From an uncultured Gemmatimonadales bacterium (GTDB lineage: Bacteria > Gemmatimonadota > Gemmatimonadetes > Gemmatimonadales > GWC2-71-9): 64,000 bases of DNA. How positions within the stretch are numbered: position 1 is the stretch's first letter; every line of letters begins with the position of its first letter. The notes beneath the pieces are model-generated. The model had not been told where the DNA came from. It ran no database searches and saw only the letters and a list, made by a program, of their open reading frames with translations. A program made the translations under genes and the position numbers. The stretch covers positions 64,001 to 128,000 of the forward strand of contig CAWJMT010000005.1 of assembly GCA_963844035.1 (NCBI GenBank), written 5' to 3'. This document shows positions 29,867 through 41,600 of this stretch, piece by piece.

Positions 29867-30144
29867 TCGGGAAGGTCCGCAAACCGCACGGCGAGCAGGG
29901 GGAGGTGGCGGTGCTCCCTCTGATCAAGAATCCGGGTGCGGTGCTCGTTCCCAAGGCGCGTCTGTACGTGGTGGACGAGGAGCGAAGGGTGATTGCCGGG
30001 CCGCTGGTGGTGGGGCGGCGCCGGGCGTACCATCGGGAATACCTGTTGGGGTTCGTGGGGGTCACGGGTCGCGCGGCGGTGGAGGGGTGGCGGGATCACT
30101 TCATCGCCACGGATGAGCCCGAAGCCAAAGATGCTGACGATTAA
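29845..30144 (+). CDS. rimM: RimM N-terminal domain only (start uncertain)
   Basis: VVGKVRKPHGEQGEV motif; located between rpsP and trmD. Confidence 0.7.
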   Translation, partial: VRHTPRVVGKVRKPHGEQGEVAVLPLIKNPGAVLVPKARLYVVDEERRVIAGPLVVGRRRAYHREYLLGFVGVTGRAAVEGWRDHFIATDEPEAKDADD

Positions 30145-30817
30145 TGTGGTCACGCTGTTCCCCGAAGTGTTCGCGGCCCCATTCGCCGCGAGCATCCTGG
30201 GGCGGGCCGCGGCGCAGGGGTTGGTGCGCTACCGCACGACGCAGCTGCGCGACTACGCGCACGACAAGCATCAGGTCGTGGACGACTCACCGTACGGCGG
30301 CGGCGCCGGGATGGTGCTCAAGCCGGAGCCGTTCTTCGAAGCGGTGGAGGATCTGCGGGCCGGTCCGCCGATCGTGCTGCTCTCGGCACGCGGTCGCCCG
30401 TTCACGCACGGCGACGCGGTGCGGTTCGCGGTGGGCGATGAGCTGACGCTGTTGTGCGGTCACTACAAGGATGTGGACCAGCGGGTGGTTGCAGGGTTGG
30501 GCGCGGAGGAGCTGTCGGTCGGGGACTTCGTGCTGTCGGGCGGTGAGCCCGCGGCGCTGTGTGTGGCGGATGCCGTGGTCCGGCTCCTGCCCGGAGCGAT
30601 CGGCGATCACGAATCGGCGTCTTCCGACTCGCATTACGACGGACTGCTCGCTCCGCCGAGTTATACACGGCCGCCGAGCTATCGCGGGATGGATGTCCCC
30701 GCGGTATTGTTGAGCGGCGACCATGAGAAGATCGCGGCGTGGCGCGCGGCAGAGGCCGAGCGCCTCACACGCGAACGCCGACCCGATCTCTGGGTCAAGT
30801 ACGCACAGGACGACTGA
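30131..30817 (+). CDS. trmD: tRNA (guanine-N1)-methyltransferase
   Basis: VDDSPYGGGAGM and SVGDFVLSGGE motifs. Confidence 0.96.
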   Translation: MLTINVVTLFPEVFAAPFAASILGRAAAQGLVRYRTTQLRDYAHDKHQVVDDSPYGGGAGMVLKPEPFFEAVEDLRAGPPIVLLSARGRPFTHGDAVRFAVGDELTLLCGHYKDVDQRVVAGLGAEELSVGDFVLSGGEPAALCVADAVVRLLPGAIGDHESASSDSHYDGLLAPPSYTRPPSYRGMDVPAVLLSGDHEKIAAWRAAEAERLTRERRPDLWVKYAQDD

Positions 30818-30829
30818 GGAAAAAAGGTT

Positions 30830-31201
30830 ATGGAACGGCTGAGAGCGGTTGAGCGCGAAGGGCTCAAGACGGATATCCCCGAGTTTTCGCCGGGCGACAC
30901 GGTGCGCGTCATGGTGCGCGTGCGCGAAGGCGAGAAAGAGCGCCTGCAGGCGTTCGAAGGCATCTGCATCGCCCGCCGGGGCGGGGGCATCAGTGAGTCG
31001 TTCACGGTGCGCAAGATTTCCGCCGGCGTGGGCGTCGAGCGGATCTTTCCGCTGCACAGCCCGTCGATCGCGTCGATCGAGATGGTCCGCAAGGGCCGGG
31101 TGCGGCGGGCCAAGCTCTACTTCCTGCGGAACCTCGCCGGGAAGGCGGCCCGTATCCGCGAGGATCGGGGCCTGACCGAAACGGGGCAGCCGCAAGCGTG
31201 A
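30830..31201 (+). CDS. rplS: 50S ribosomal protein L19
   Basis: [17 protein letters not shown] and [10 protein letters not shown] motifs. Confidence 0.98.
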   Translation: MERLRAVEREGLKTDIPEFSPGDTVRVMVRVREGEKERLQAFEGICIARRGGGISESFTVRKISAGVGVERIFPLHSPSIASIEMVRKGRVRRAKLYFLRNLAGKAARIREDRGLTETGQPQA

Positions 31202-31828
31202 GACATCCCCGCCCCTCGCTCGAGCGTGAACGCGCGCTCTGGCTGGAGGGGCGGGGACTTGTCGCCGGAATCGACGAAGCAGGCCGCGGTCCACTCGCCG
31301 GTCCGGTGGTGGCCGCGGCCGTCGTGTTTCCGGCATCCTACCAGGCGATCCGCGGCGTGCGCGACTCCAAGCTGCTCACCCCCGCGGCCCGCCAGCGGCT
31401 CGCCGTCCTGATCCGCCGCCGCGCCCTGGCCGTCGGCGTCGGCGCGGCCAGCGTCCACGAGATCGACACGATCAACATCCGGCGCGCCACCATCCTCGCG
31501 ATGCGGCGCGCGCTCGAGCGCCTGCCGGTCCGGCCGGCGCACATTCTCGTGGACGGCCTGCCCTGTCCCGAGCTCGGCAGTCCGCATGAAGCGATCGTGG
31601 ACGGCGACGCTCTGTGCCACTCGATCGCCGCCGCCTCGATCATCGCCAAGACGGTGCGCGATCGCCTGATGGAGCGGCTCGCGCTGTATCACCCCGCGTA
31701 CGCCTGGTTGACCAACAAGGGTTACGGCACGCCGGAGCATATGGCGGCGCTCGCGCGAGCATGGTTTCACTCCGCATCATCGCAAGAGTTTTGCACCGGT
31801 GCTGCAGCTCGAGCTCATCGCTCGCTAG
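31198..31828 (+). CDS. rnhB: Ribonuclease HII (indel near the 3' end)
   Basis: [27 protein letters not shown] and NKGYGT motifs. Confidence 0.95.
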
Positions 31829-31897
31829 GGGCCTCTCCCCACACGGCCCGGCGCGGGATACCTTTGTCGGCCCCTACGCCCTTGAGGGTGCCCTGCC

Positions 31898-32143
31898 ATG
31901 AGTGTCGCCAGACGAGATCTCAAGACAGTCAAGGAATTGATGGAGTGGATCGACAGCCACGCGAGCAGCGCCGGTGTGCCTGACGAGGGAGCGGCGTACG
32001 TGATCGTCAGACGGGCGCCCAAGAGCACGGTGGCTGATTGGACTGTCGTGGCTGCCCCGACCAAGGATGGTGAGCGGCCGCGTTGGAGCTCTGCTCGGCG
32101 CCACGCCATCCACACCGCGCAGCTGCTATTCGACGTGCGTTAG
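31898..32143 (+). CDS. Small hypothetical protein
   Basis: 81-aa ORF with ATG, GAGG upstream and a short hairpin after the stop. Confidence 0.55.
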   Translation: MSVARRDLKTVKELMEWIDSHASSAGVPDEGAAYVIVRRAPKSTVADWTVVAAPTKDGERPRWSSARRHAIHTAQLLFDVR

Positions 32144-32230
32144 GCGACCTGCCTAGTTGAACAGGTCGCTGTCCTCGAGGCTCGTGACATTGCCACGGGT
32201 ACCGGTTTCGCGTCCGCACTCCAATGCCGC

Positions 32231-32325
32231 CAAGGGCGGACCAGAACGGTTGAAGACGGTCAAAGGTGGTCGAGGGCGCGAACCTACCGTCCTTGACCGT
32301 CCTTGACCGTCCTTGACCGTCCTCT
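32231..32325. repeat. Inverted decamer array (caaggacggt-like x5 / accgtccttg x4)
   Basis: Right arm is near-perfect and overlaps the polX 3' end; left arm is degenerate. Confidence 0.85.
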
Positions 32326-34033
32326 CTTCAATCCCTTCCGAAACTCCGCCAAAGGCCGCGTATTCAGGATGTCCACTGCCTCCAACCCTGCTCGGCGCGC
32401 CAAGTCCACCGCGTAGCGCATGAACGACAGATTCCCCGGCTGGTGGCTGTCGGTCGACAGCACCAGTCGCACACCGTGTTGTTTCGCCGCTGTAGCCAAC
32501 GTGTCGGGTAGGTCCATTCGCTCAGGGTGGCCGTTCAGCTCGAGCAGACAGCCTGTCTCGGCACAGGCGCGGGCCACCGCATCGAAGTCGAGGGGATAGG
32601 GCTCGCGCTTTCCGAGCACCCGGCCGGTGGGATGCCCGATCGCATCCACCCAGCGGTGCCGGGCCGCGCCCACCAGGCGCCGCGTGAGCTCCGCTTGCGA
32701 TTGCGTGATCCCGTAGTGAATCGTCGCCACGACGTAGTCCGCTTCCGCTAACACGTCGTCGGGGAGATCCATCTCGCCGTTCTCCAAGATGTCCATCTCG
32801 ACGCTCTTCAGGATCGTGAGCCCATGGGCGGCGGCGTTCCACTCGTCGATCGCTCTTCCATTGTTCCCGCAGTCGCTTGGGATCGAGGCCCAACGCCATC
32901 GTCACCCGTTTCGAGTGATCGGTGATGGCGATGTATTCGTAGTTGAGCGCCCGCGCCGCCTGGGCCATCTCGTCGATCGTTCCCTTGCCGTCGGTGGCCT
33001 TGGTGTGCATCTGCAGGTCCCCGCGGATGTCCTTCAGCTCGACCAGGGCGGGGAGGTGGTGCGCGCGGGCCAGGGCGATCTCTCCGCGGGCCTCGCGCAG
33101 CTCCGGCGGCATCAGATCGAGACCGAGCTTGGCGTAGATCTCCTGCTCGGTCTTTCCCGCCACGCGGCGTGCGCCCTTGAACAGACCGTACTCGTTCAGT
33201 TTGTATCCCTGATCCTGGGCGATCGTGCGCAGCTCGACGTTATGCGCCTTGGAGCCCGTGAAGTACTGCAGTGCCGCCCCGAACGCGGCCGGCTCCACGA
33301 CACGCAGATCCACCTGCAGCCCGCTGCGCAACTTTACCGTCGAGCGCGTCTTGCCTTGCGACTCCACCTCGGCCACGTCGCCGTACTCCACGAACCGGCG
33401 CATCACTTTGGCAGGGGTGCTCGTGGTCACGAGCACGTCGAGGTCGCCGATCGTCTCGCGCCGCCGGCGGAAACTTCCCGCCACCTCGATCTGTCGCACG
33501 CCGCCGCCCGCCTTCAGGTGCCCGACGATGGCCGCGGCCTGAATCTCCGCCTCGTTCAAGAGCATCCGCCGCTCGGTGACGTGCGCCTGGCTGAGCCCCG
33601 CGCGGACCTTGGCTTCCATTTTAGGGCCGAAGCCCTTGAGCTTGGCCACGCGTCCCTCGTCCAGCGCCTTCCCGAGGTCCGCGGCGGATTTGATCTTGAG
33701 TTTCGAGTAGAGCTGCTTGACGCGCTTCGGGCCCAGGCCGGGGATGCGCAACAGGTCCAGCAGGCCGGAGGGGAGTTTTGCGAGCAGCTGGGTGCGGAGC
33801 GGCAGCTCACCGGTGGTGACGAGCCCGCTGATTTTTTCCGCCAGGTCGTCCCCGATCCCGGGAATCTCGGTCAGGTCTCGGGCAGTACGCACCCAGTCAG
33901 CGATCGCGTCAGGGAAATCACGGACGGTGCGCGCCGCGTTGCGGTAGGCGCGGACGCGGAACGGGTTCTCGTCCTTGATCTCGAGCAGGTCGGCAACTTC
34001 GTCGAACAGCCGCGCGATGTCGGGGTTTTGCAT
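32284..34033 (-). CDS. polX: DNA polymerase/3'-5' exonuclease PolX with PHP domain (frameshift ~32850)
   Basis: NPFRVRAY, GSFRR..ETIGDLD and YFTGSKAHN motifs; PHP motifs TDHS, HPTGR and STDSH. Confidence 0.93.
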
Positions 34034-34129
34034 GGGAGTAAAGATGGCGGGTAGCGTCGGGACAGGCGGGTCATCGTTCGCGCCCGGTGGTGCCGACCAC
34101 GCCCTCCCGCACCTCCCGCCCTCCCGCCA

Positions 34130-34953
34130 CTACTCCACGTGATCTCCTGCACCATGCCGCGCGCCAGGTGCGACGTACCCCTGGCATCGGGAATGAAGCA
34201 CACGAGCAGGTACTTTCCCTGAGGGAGCGTGACGGTGAACGTGGCGCTCTTGCCGGCATCGAGCGCCACGATACCCCCCAGGGGCCGCCCGGGCAGCGGA
34301 CCCGGCATCAGGTGCGACGTCCATGCGAGCAGGTCGTGCACACCTTTGCCAGGCGCAGGCGCGAGAATCATGATCTCGTGCACCTCGGGGCCTTGGTTGG
34401 CGACGTAGATCGTGTGCGTGCCGGCGCTCAGTGGGTGCGCGACATCGAAAGTGAAGTCCGCAAGGGTGATGGTGTCATCCCCGGCGACGGTCACAGGAGC
34501 GGTTGGTGCCGGCTCGCGTACCACCATCATCCGGATCATTCCCTTCTCGAGGTGCATCGTTCCGTCTGGGCTCGGCAGGAAACACACAAGCGCATAGGTG
34601 CCGGGCGTGAGGACCTGCGTCGAGGTTGCCGTATCACCCGAGCCCACGGCGTTCGGGCCGCCGACGAACGCCATCCAGCGCGGCGGGACGCTGCTCTCGA
34701 GCCCCGCCGCAATCTCCGTCGTCGTTCTCCGGCCTTCGATCCGAACCACACCGGCCTGGTGCGGCTCGCGCCCTGCGTTGGCGAGGCGCAGGGTCACGAG
34801 GCCCGATGGGATCGTGTCCGGGACGTCAAACGCGTACTCGGTGGCCGTAATCAGGGTGGACCGCGCCTCGGTTGCCTCGTGGCGTTTCTCCGGTGTGCAC
34901 GCCGGCGCGAGACCCAGGATGAGGGCGACTGTGGGAAGCCAGGGTGAGCGCAT
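34130..34953 (-). CDS. Lipoprotein with two tandem cupredoxin-like domains
   Basis: Lipobox-like APAC; N.G.E.H...Y.LVCF.P...G..H...GM occurs twice. Confidence 0.7.
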
Positions 34954-35222
34954 AGGCGCGAAATGTCTGTTGTCTCGAGGCTTGGGGCTAGGGTGGCATG
35001 TGAGGCGCATCACGCCGCGTTTCGACCCTCCACTACTTCATTGGGTGTAGCCGTTTCAGTGGGTGTTGCGCGCCTGCTACAGGTCTGAGCCCTCAGGCGC
35101 CCGGATTTTCCTTCGGTTCGTACTGCTTCGGGGCATAGGAGTTGCGCCCGGGCGTGCAGGAAAGCGCCCGGCGCCTCGGGGCCATGGCCCGAGGAAACCC
35201 CACAAGCGGAGTCGCGCATCTC

Positions 35223-35820
35223 ATGTTCACGGTCCTGCAGCGGTATCGGGTGAGGCTTGGTACTGTCGCTGACGCAGCGGCGCGCGCGGAAGAGTCACTC
35301 GTGCCACGCCTCAAGGAAGCGGACGGGTTCGTCGCCTACCAGTTCCTTCATACGGGTGACGGCACCGTTGCCGCGCTGGCACAGTTTGAGACTAAGCCCG
35401 CGGCGGATGCCGCAGCCCGCCTCCTCACGGAGTGGTTCCGGAGCGACTGGCCGGCGTTCCGTCTCATGGCGCCCGACCTGAGCGTCGCCGAATCGCTCAC
35501 GAGCGAGCAGGCAAACGGACGGCACCAGAGTGCCGGCGTGGCACTTCCGGCGAGCGGCGATGACGGGCAAGTGGTACCGTTTACGGACGGAATCACGGAG
35601 CAGGCGAGCCGGACCGCGGGTCGCCCGCGACCGGCGCCGCATCGGGGAACGTCGGCTCCTGGTCGCCGCGCGGGTACCGGAGCGGCGTTCGGGGATCGAT
35701 CGCCGTGACAGCGATGAGGTCGCCTCGGATCCGAGCAGGGCGGGTGGCGGAGACCCCGGAAGCGGGTCGCGATGCCCGAGCGCCGTCGCATCGCTCCGGC
35801 CTGGAGCCAGCGCGAGACGC
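35223..35820 (+). CDS. ABM-like (dimeric alpha/beta barrel) domain protein with C-terminal DRR/ERR repeats (frameshifted, end uncertain)
   Basis: LVPRLKEADGFVAY...; DRRRIGERR...ERRSGIDRR in the shifted frame. Confidence 0.55.
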
Positions 35821-35853
35821 TGCACGTAGGGTAGCCCTTAGGAAGGGAGGACC

Positions 35854-36189
35854 ATGGAAGTACGTCCGTGGGCGCGAGTCGTCGGGGACGTCAACGTCAG
35901 AGTGCGCCGCGGGGCCTGGTACGAGGTGATCCGTCTGACACAGGAGGCGGCGCTCCTGGAGGTGAATCGTCAGACGCTCAACGTGCCCCGGTCGGCGGTC
36001 CAGGTCCAGACGGTGCGGCCGCGCGAGTGGTCCATCGTGGCCCGTCCCCACGACGCCGTGGACATTCCTGTCAGCTGGGGTTCCCAGTACGCGGTCTGTC
36101 CACGTTGCAGCATCCGGGCGTCCCTCAGGGACCAGCGCGTCACGATGAAGTGCCCGGGGTGCCAGGGGGTGTTTTCGATCCGCTTGTAG
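35854..36189 (+). CDS. Uncharacterised RRGAWY / zinc-ribbon protein (copy 1)
   Basis: GGAGG RBS; CPRC...CPGC; paralogue at 40402-40758. Confidence 0.85.
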   Translation: MEVRPWARVVGDVNVRVRRGAWYEVIRLTQEAALLEVNRQTLNVPRSAVQVQTVRPREWSIVARPHDAVDIPVSWGSQYAVCPRCSIRASLRDQRVTMKCPGCQGVFSIRL

Positions 36190-36230
36190 GCGCGTGAAAC
36201 TCCGACAGCTGGGTCCGCGTAGTCGGCGGC

Positions 36231-36440
36231 ATGACACCGCTCACCGTTCAACTCCGGCCGCAACGGCTGGACAGAGGCTGGACTCAGGAGGAGTTGGCCC
36301 GGCGCTCCGGAGTTGATCAGAGCACCATCTCGCGCATCGAGAACGGCCTGACCCGTGGCGTGGGGTTGGGCATCGTGGAACGCCTCGCCGATGCCTTGGG
36401 TCTCAATCCGCGGTCCCTGCTGACTCCCGCCGACCAGTAG
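36231..36440 (+). CDS. XRE-family HTH transcriptional regulator
   Basis: WTQEELARRSGVDQSTISRIENG. Confidence 0.88.
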   Translation: MTPLTVQLRPQRLDRGWTQEELARRSGVDQSTISRIENGLTRGVGLGIVERLADALGLNPRSLLTPADQ

Positions 36441-36535
36441 CCCTTTGATTTATTGGTATTCCCAAGCTAGCTCGCAGGCGTCCGAGGCTCCCGCCAACAC
36501 CCCTCCGAACGTAAGTTGAACTCCGGTGTATTTTT

Positions 36536-36608
<73 letters not shown>

Positions 36609-36684
36609 TCCGCGCCATGGACCGAGGCCGCACCCAGAACGGTGCTTGGATCGTATCGACAGGGCATTTTTGGGGAGGCACGAC

Positions 36685-37153
36685 ATGAAGTTCGGCGTTC
36701 TGTTTCTTCTTGCGGTTCCTGCAGTGATCGCCTGCGATACGACCACGGACACGGGCGACTTCGTGGGCACACCGTCGATCAGAATCGCAGGCACTTGGGC
36801 CTACAATTTCAATCGTGTACGACGCCGACAGCTCGGCGTACTGCACTGACGTCCGGGAATGTCATGCTCAGCCAGACCCAGAACGGTGACCAATTCACCG
36901 GCGGAGTGTCCGGCGTCTTCAACTGCATCGAAAACGGCTACCCGGGCGAGGAGCCTGACCGCGCTCGTGCCTGTTACGGCCGGGGAGCTCGCGGGTACAT
37001 CGGTCCGGTTCATCGCGTTCGGCTGCATTCACCTGGGGGCGGTCAACGGCTACTCCCGCGAACCATTTCACCGGGACCCTGAACTGCACCTTCCCGCTCA
37101 CGGAGTTCGGCCCCACGCGCCCGATTAGCGGGACGTGGGAAGCAACCCGCTAG
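36685..37153 (+). CDS. Hypothetical lipoprotein (multiple indels)
   Basis: GGAGG RBS; MKFGVLFLLAVPAVIAC lipobox; IAGTWAY...SGTWEATR beta-rich fragments. Confidence 0.55.
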
Positions 37154-37290
37154 AGCACGGTACGCTATCTTAGGCGCATGCCTGACCGGCGTGCGCTTGT
37201 TCGTCGCGACCAAACGCATCACCCATCCTGACCACGGGCTGCTTCCAGCCGTTCGACGAGTTTCGGGTGAACCCCCCACGTTAGCGCCGC

Positions 37291-40200
37291 GTGCGTTCTA
37301 GGGCCGCGCTCGCCTTTAGCATCGTTTTCTTCCTGTCCGGCGTCACCGGGCTCGTCTACGAGTTGCTCTGGGTCCGGCTCCTCTATCAGGCATTTGGCTC
37401 CACCATTCAGTCGGTGACGACCGTCGTGGCTGCCTACATGGGCGGCCTCGGACTGGGCGCCTGGCTGCTGGGCCGATACGCCGACCGCCACCCGAAGCCG
37501 GCGTGCGCTCTATGGCTGGCTCGAAATCGCCATCGGCCTGTTCGGGATCGTGTCTCCGCTCGTCCTTGACCCTCGCGCACCGGGTCTATGTCGCCACCGC
37601 GGGCGCGCTGGCGCTGGACGGCGCCCCGAGCCTGGCCCTGCGGTTCTTCCTGGCGGCGATCGTGCTGCTCATCCCCACGACGCTGATGGGGGGGACGCTC
37701 CCGGCGCTCACCCGCGCCTTTATGGGCGTCGAGCGCGATCGCCTCAAATCCTCCGTCAGCCGCCTGTACGGCCTCAACACGCTCGGCGCCATGGTCGGCA
37801 CCGCACTCGCCGGATTCTTTCTCATCGAGCATGTGGGGATTCGCGCGTCGCTCTGGGGCACCGCCACCGTCAACGTGGTGCTCGGGGTGGCGGCGCTCGC
37901 GGCTGGCCCGTCACTCCGAGCCGAGCTGTCCGCCCGCCCGCCCCGGTCGGGCCGCGCGGCGCGGGGCACATACGGACCGTCGCGCTCGCTCTCCTCGCCG
38001 TCACGGCGTTTGCGTCCCTGCTCAACGAAATCGCCTGGACCCGCGTGCTCGTGATGATGGTCGGCGCCTCGACGTACGCGTTTACCCTTGTGCTGCTCGT
38101 CTTCTTGCTCGGGATTGGTCTGGGGAGCGCGCTGGTCGGCAGATGGGGTGCCGCGCGGCCCGCCACCTTGGTCGACGCCGCCCTGGCTCAGGGCATTACC
38201 GGCGCAGGAGCCGCGTTACTGCTGATCTTTTTCAACGCGCTCCCCCTGTATGTCATGGCTGTATTTCAGCATCACGAATTCGGAGCGATTACCCGCCTTC
38301 TCCTTTTGGGTGTGGCCGTCGGAGGGGTAATCCTGGTCCCGGCGATCGGCATGGGCCTCACGTTTCCACTGCTCACTGATCTCGCTGCCCCGCCCGATAC
38401 GGCGCGCGGTGCCGATGTGGGTCGCGCCTACGCACTCAACACCCTGGGCAGCATCGCTGGCGCCGTGCTCACGGGTTTCGTCCTCGTGGTGGTGCTCGGC
38501 AGCAAGACGACGTTGCGCGTCGGACTGGTGATCAACGGCGCTGCCGCGCTCACGCTCGCCGCGCTCGCCGCTGGAGGCGTCGCGGCGGGGTCGGTGGGGT
38601 ACCGGGGGCTGCGGCGCCGGGTGGTTGCCGCGGGCGCGCTCGCGAGCGTGGCACTCGGAGTCGCGATCGGCGCGCCGGGATGGAGCACGCGCCTGATCGA
38701 CCTGGCACCCACCATCTACGCGCGTCAGGAGATGGATGCCGCGGCCCGCCGCGCGTTCATCGCGCATCGGGGTCAGCGCCAGATCGCCTTCCGTGAGGGC
38801 TGGAATGCGACCGTGAGTGTGTGGGATGGGGTGAACGGGCGCACGCTGCGCGTGAACGGCAAGGTGGACGCATCGGACGGCCCGGACATGAACACCCAGA
38901 TCATGCTGGGGCTCGCGCCTGCGGCGGCGCGGCCGGACGCAGCGTCCGCTCTGGTGATCGGATTCGGGAGCGGGGTCACGACGCGGGTCCTCGCGGATGT
39001 CCCCGGGATGAAGCGGGTGCGCGTCGTGGAGATCGAGCCCGCCGTGCTCGCCATGCGGGGGTTGTTCGCGAGAGTGAACGACTCGGTGCTCGAACGCCCG
39101 AACGTTGCCGCTGTCGTGGACGACGCGCGCAGCGCGCTGCAGCTCTCGGGACGACCGGTTTGATGTCATCGTTTCCGAGCCATCCAACCCGTGGGTCGCG
39201 GGCGTCGCGACGCTCTATACGCCCGAGTTCTTCAAGATTGTCCGATCGCGGCTCGCCGAGGGCGGGGTGTTCGGCCAGTGGGTCCAGCTGTACCAACTTC
39301 CCCTGCCGGTGGTGGCCGGCGTGGTGCGCAACATCCGCACGGTATTTCCGCATGTGGAAGTGTGGTTTTCCAGTACGCTCGACATCATTGTCCTGGCCTC
39401 GGACCACCCCCTGCGCTACGAGCGTCCCTGGCTCGCGCGTCTCATCGGGCCGGGCACGAGCATCGGCGCGCTGGGCCGGGAGTGGTTGGGCATCGATTCG
39501 GTAGGCGATCACTTTGGCCGCCGGCTGTTGGGAGAGGCCGGCGTGGCACGCCTGGCCGAGCGGGGCGTGCTGGTCCATCGCGACGACCGTCCCCAGCTCG
39601 AGTTCGTCGCGGCCCGGCGATTTCTGGATCCGGATTGGGATGCTCACGTGTTCGACTCGCTCGTTGCTGTTGGAGACCGCGCGGGCGACACACCCGGGAC
39701 GTCTCCCGTGCTGCTGGCGCGGGCGATGACCGTGTCCCGGGTCTCGTCTATCGAGATGGCGATCCTGGAAGGAGCCCATCGCGCGCGGCCCGACGACCCA
39801 GTGTGGACCATACGTCTCGCCGCGGCGAAGTTCGCTTTCGGCGATACAGCGTTCGCGGACAGCGTGGTGCCCGCTCTCCTGGCGCACGCGCGACATCCGG
39901 AGGTGTTGTTGTTCGCCGCCGGCCTGGCGGATCGCAGGGGTGACCCTGTCCGACGCGGTGCCCTGCTCGAAGAGGTCCTCGCGCGCGGTGGCGATACCGC
40001 GATGGCGTTGGCCAGCTTGGCAGGTCCAGCCGCCCGCGCCGGCCGGTGGGAGGAAGTGGGCGAACACCTGCGGGTTGCCTTCGCAGTGGCCCGCGGGAGC
40101 TACCGCCATCCATTTCCCGCGACTCAGCTGCGAGAAGCACTCGCGCAACTGGCGGTGAAGGGGCCGGTTGCCATGGCCGACAGCGTGCTGGTGATCGCGC

Positions 40201-40388
40201 ACGACTCGCGCCCGGGGTGGGCGCCGATCTACGGATTGCGCGCTGTGGTGGCGCTACGCTCCGGCCGCTGCGACGTCGCCGCCGCTCAGTTCGAGGAGTT
40301 GTCGGAGTTCGGAATCGAGCCGGCCGACGTACAGCGCCAGCTCATGAAGTGTCGTCGTGGGGAAAAGGTCAGGGCCGAGGGACCCTAG
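37291..40388 (+). CDS. Fused membrane domain / spermidine-synthase-like SAM-fold protein (frameshifted)
   Basis: FFLSG..GLVYE, YGLNTLG, VNGKVDAS, LVIGFGSGVT and DVIVSEPSNPW motifs. Confidence 0.85.
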
Positions 40389-40401
40389 CCTTGGGCGTCG
40401 C

Positions 40402-40758
40402 TTATTTGCGGCCCAGGTATTTCTCGTCCCAGGCGACCGGGAACAATCCTTCACACTGATGGCACCCCATCATCGGCGGGGATCCCTCGAGCGACTCGCG
40501 ATGCCCGCAGTTCGGGCACGTTCCGTATACCGCGCCCCAACTCTCGGGGAGGTGCTTTGCTTGCAGCGGTCGCGGCACCACCGTCCAGCGCATTGGTCGC
40601 TCTTCGGTGATCTCGACGTCGGAGAGCGGGAGTCCCACCGGCGACCAGAGAATGTCGACCAGCACTTCGTTGGACTGAAACTCACTCACCCGATACCACG
40701 CACCGCGGCGCAGCGGGTAGGGACCGTCGGTCTTCACACGAGCCCAGTACTGTTCCAT
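40402..40758 (-). CDS. Uncharacterised RRGAWY / zinc-ribbon protein (copy 2)
   Basis: GGAGG RBS; CPNC...CHQC; aligns over its full length with 35854-36189. Confidence 0.85.
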   Translation of the reverse strand: MEQYWARVKTDGPYPLRRGAWYRVSEFQSNEVLVDILWSPVGLPLSDVEITEERPMRWTVVPRPLQAKHLPESWGAVYGTCPNCGHRESLEGSPPMMGCHQCEGLFPVAWDEKYLGRK

Positions 40759-40831
40759 GGTGATTCCCTCCGATCCTCGATAGCGGTGTGCGTCGAGTGC
40801 GTCGACCGGGACCCAATATAGGGGCTGCCCG

Positions 40832-41600
40832 CTAGCGCGTCGCCGGTAGCCTCTGCAGCGTCGCGAGGTCGAGCATCGTCGCGCCATTCAGGAGCGATCC
40901 CGCGAGCGCGTGGCACGCCAGGCCGGGGTCGCCGAGGTGGTCGAGCACGAGCGCCGCGCCCCGGAAGTCGTGGGCGCGGGTGTAGTCGTTCACGGTGACC
41001 ACCGTCGTGACGCCGGCGGCCGAGGGCCGACCGCAGCCCGTTTTCCGAGTCCTCGAAAGCGACGCATGCGCTGGCAGGGAGACCGAGCTGTTCGAGCGTG
41101 TACACGTAGATGTCGGGCGCGGGCTTCTTCGCGGGCACGACATCGCCCGCGGCGATGACGTCGAACCATCCGGCGGCGTCTGGCGCGAGCGCGTGGTGGA
41201 GCAGGGCGTCTACGTTTTCCGGAGTCGTCGTCGTGGCGATCGCCAGGCGGACCCCCGCGTGCCGCGCTTCATCGAGCAGGCGTCGCACGCCGGGCCGCAG
41301 CGGGATACCGGCCTCGGCCACGAGCGCTGTGAAGTGACGGGTCTTTTCCGCGTGCAGCCGGGCGACCAGCGCCTCGAAGTCCGCTGGCGGGCGATAGTCG
41401 GGGCGGTAGCGCTCGACGTAATGCCGGATTCGCTCCTTGCCGCCGGTCACGGCCAGGAGGTCGCCGTACAGGGGGACGTCCCACACCCAGTCCAGACCGG
41501 CTTCGACGAACGCCCGGTTGAACGCTACACGATGCCCGTCGCGCTCGGTGTCGGCCAGCGTGCCGTCAACGTCGAAAAGCAGAGCTTGGGGGAGAGGGAC
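40832..41600 (-). CDS. HAD-superfamily hydrolase, CbbY-like
   Basis: LLFDVDGTLADTERDGHRVAFN, TGGKERI, KKPAPDIY and FEDSENG motifs. Confidence 0.85.

Noticed and set aside
40832..41600. Calvin-cycle locus implied by the CbbY-like gene
   Set aside because: No RuBisCO, PRK or other cbb genes in the window
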